A stretch of 63,243 bases of DNA, from positions 1 through 63,243 of the forward strand of contig JBJCIZ010000373.1 in NCBI GenBank assembly GCA_051294375.1, read 5' to 3'. A model generated the notes under the pieces. It was not told the DNA's origin. It saw nothing but the letters and a program-made list of their open reading frames with translations, and did not search any database. Position numbers and translations under genes: made by a program. Positions 61,341-63,243 of this stretch are shown piece after piece. This DNA comes from Paraspadella gotoi (Eukaryota > Animalia > Chaetognatha). How positions within the stretch are numbered: the first letter of the stretch is position 1; each line of letters begins with the position of its first letter.

Positions 61341-61422
61341 GGTAGTGTGGCCGAGTGGTCTAAGGCGCTGGTTTTAGGCACCAGTCTCTACGGAGGCGTG
61401 GGTTCGAATCCCACCACTGCCA
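61341..61422 (+). tRNA. trnL-TAG: tRNA-Leu(TAG)
   Basis: Complete 82-nt cloverleaf with long variable arm; CTGGT-TTTAGGC-ACCAG. Confidence 0.95.
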
Positions 61423-61985
61423 AGCATCTTTTTATCTTTTTAAATTGCCGACTTACTACGTTTTTCCCGCTGAGGCGACTTACCCGAGGCCATTCTTACT
61501 CTCTCTCCGCTTCAAGATCGGGCCGGACGGTCACCCTGGACAAATCAGCTTTTCATGGCCTTGAACAATGACCGTTGGCTGGCCGGACGTATCGATCAAT
61601 AGGACTGAGGCGACCCTAGCGGTCCCTGCCGTCGGTCATACTGACTCCGACGTTTGTTGAATCCAAGTTTTGAGTTTTAACTTGGTTCACATCCTTACTT
61701 CTTACCTTGATTTCTTTTATTTCACCTCGTTTTAATGTTTGTCCCATTAATAATATAATGTTTTCAGTTTTAGATTATCAAAAACCCAAATTAATAAAAA
61801 AATATTAATAATAAAATTAATAAAGAAAAATTTCGAAATTTTGAATAAGTATTTTAATGAATATTTTAACATCTATAACTTTGAAATAGTGAAACAAGTA
61901 ATTTTGAAATTTTCATAATTTAAAATAAACCTGTCCTAGCCTTTGTAAAATCAAAACATGAGGTAAATATTTTGCAAAAACGTCA

Positions 61986-62056
61986 CTCCCATGCGGGGAA
62001 TCGAACCCCGGCCGCGGCGGTGAAAGCGCCGAATCCTAACACTAGACCACATGGGA
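61986..62056 (-). tRNA. trnE-TTC: tRNA-Glu(TTC)
   Basis: TCCCATGTGGTCTAGTGTTAGGATTCGGCGCTTTCACCGCCG..GGTTCGATTCCCCGCATGGGA. Confidence 0.9.
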
Positions 62057-62238
62057 TGATGCGATTTGGTATTATTACAATTATATATAAATTTTACGCG
62101 AAGATTTGGCCTTCCAAAAATTAAAACATACTAAGGAAAACGATCCGACTGCGATTTCTGTGCATTCAAAGAATAGATATGAGCTTCATAAGAGAAATCA
62201 ATAGTTTTTGAAGACTTTTCTCACTATAATCCCGCGTA

Positions 62239-62307
62239 GCATCGGTGGTTCAGTGTAGAATGCTCGCCTGCCACGCGGGCGGCCCGGGTTCGATTCCCGG
62301 CGATGCA
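62239..62307 (+). tRNA. trnG-GCC: tRNA-Gly(GCC)
   Basis: GCATCGGTGGTTCAGTGTAGAATGCTCGCCTGCCACGCGGG..GGTTCGATTCCC..GATGCA, with single-base deletions. Confidence 0.9.
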
Positions 62308-62972
62308 ATTTCTTTAGTTTTTAACTATGCTGCGTCGGTTACTGGTTTAGAAGAGAAAACTTTTTTTTAATTGAAAAATAAAAAAACAAAGTTTGCCAAT
62401 ATTTTTGCTGAAGTGGGATGAAAAGCATTGCCAAGAGCAAGTTTCATTTCAAGCAGGTTTCAGGTCTCACAACCGCCCAGCATAGATTTGTATCACAAAT
62501 GTCCGAGTCGTACAGATTCACAGCTTTTTCTCGTACTAATAAGGAAAGGATTCCAAGTCGTCCGCTCGAGTCTCACAAATTGTGTCGTCAACTTCTTCTC
62601 TTTCCTCGAATTCCGATTCCATTCGATCGCATCCTCCGCATCCGCCGCTGCTTTTCCGCCGCTTCTCACGCCGCTTCAGCCGCCGCAGCCGGACTCGAGC
62701 TGCCACACTCACGTTCACACACAAGGATTTCACTTCCTAGTTCCGACTTTCACACCCGATTCCACCGCGGTTTCACTCCCGATCTCCTCTCCCCTTCGTT
62801 GCCCCCTTCAACGTCGCTTCCCAACGTATTTCCCCGAAGGGCAACGAGACTTTCACGTGAAAAGAGAACAGATGCGTGAAAAAAAAATGGGATGGGGGGG
62901 GAAATTGGCGAGGGAGAGAAGGGAGCGGGAAGGGTTGAGGGGATCGAATGGGGGGAACGCTGATGATGGGGG

Positions 62973-63243
62973 TTTTAAATTAAGAGAGAATTTTTTCATG
63001 AAATGTTTCAAGTTTGATAAGTGATTTAAAGATCTGAAAAATATTAAATGTGATGCTTGTGTGACAGCTGAGTTTAAAGGGTGAGATTTATACAAAGCAT
63101 CATAGTTTTGTAATNNNNNNNNNNNNNNNNNNNNNNNNNNNNNNNNNNNNNCTATTGTTGCTAAGTTTCTGACTATAGCTAATAATTCCTTGTTTTGATT
63201 TGTTAACTGATTAATTTTATCATCTATTATTATGATTGTTTTC
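62973..63243 (-). mobile_element. Second copy (fragment) of the Polinton ATPase gene
   Basis: Matches ~55178-55448 apart from the N gap; runs off the window end. Confidence 0.9.

Noticed and set aside
61460-61640. GC-rich fold-back downstream of tRNA-Leu as a ribozyme
   Set aside because: Complementary segments exist (ACGGTCA/TGACCGT), but I could not recognise a catalytic core or a second copy.
62853-63095. 80-aa ORF as a novel fusion gene
   Set aside because: It is an ATPase fragment read through a junction into unrelated sequence.

Overview
AT-rich eukaryotic (probably invertebrate animal) genomic DNA from an error-prone assembly with N gaps and homopolymer indels. The dominant feature is a ~31 kb Polinton/Maverick-type endogenous virus at ~26792-57744. 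It is bounded by long terminal inverted repeats built from ~126-bp tandem units, with an AGTAG... left end and a ...ACTACT right end. It encodes a divergent protein-primed PolB, major and minor capsid proteins, a packaging ATPase and an RVE integrase. It is unusual in several ways: (i) many genes have spliceosomal introns whose phases can be reconstructed; (ii) a parvovirus-NS1-like SF3 helicase has its Walker A split by a GC-AG intron; (iii) an intronless membrane-protein gene ends in a histone-mRNA-type 3' stem-loop behind a CCAAT/TATA promoter; (iv) there are linker-histone-like and protamine-like ORFs; (v) no adenain protease is recognisable. To the left are four partial copies of one CsRn1-like Ty3/Gypsy LTR retrotransposon (CHCC Gag, tRNA-Trp-like PBS, G_GGA_AAC -1 frameshift with hairpin), a LINE fragment and three copies of an unidentified structured repeat. 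To the right are a five-member tRNA cluster and a duplicate fragment of the Polinton ATPase. All calls come from motif reading by eye; no searches were run.
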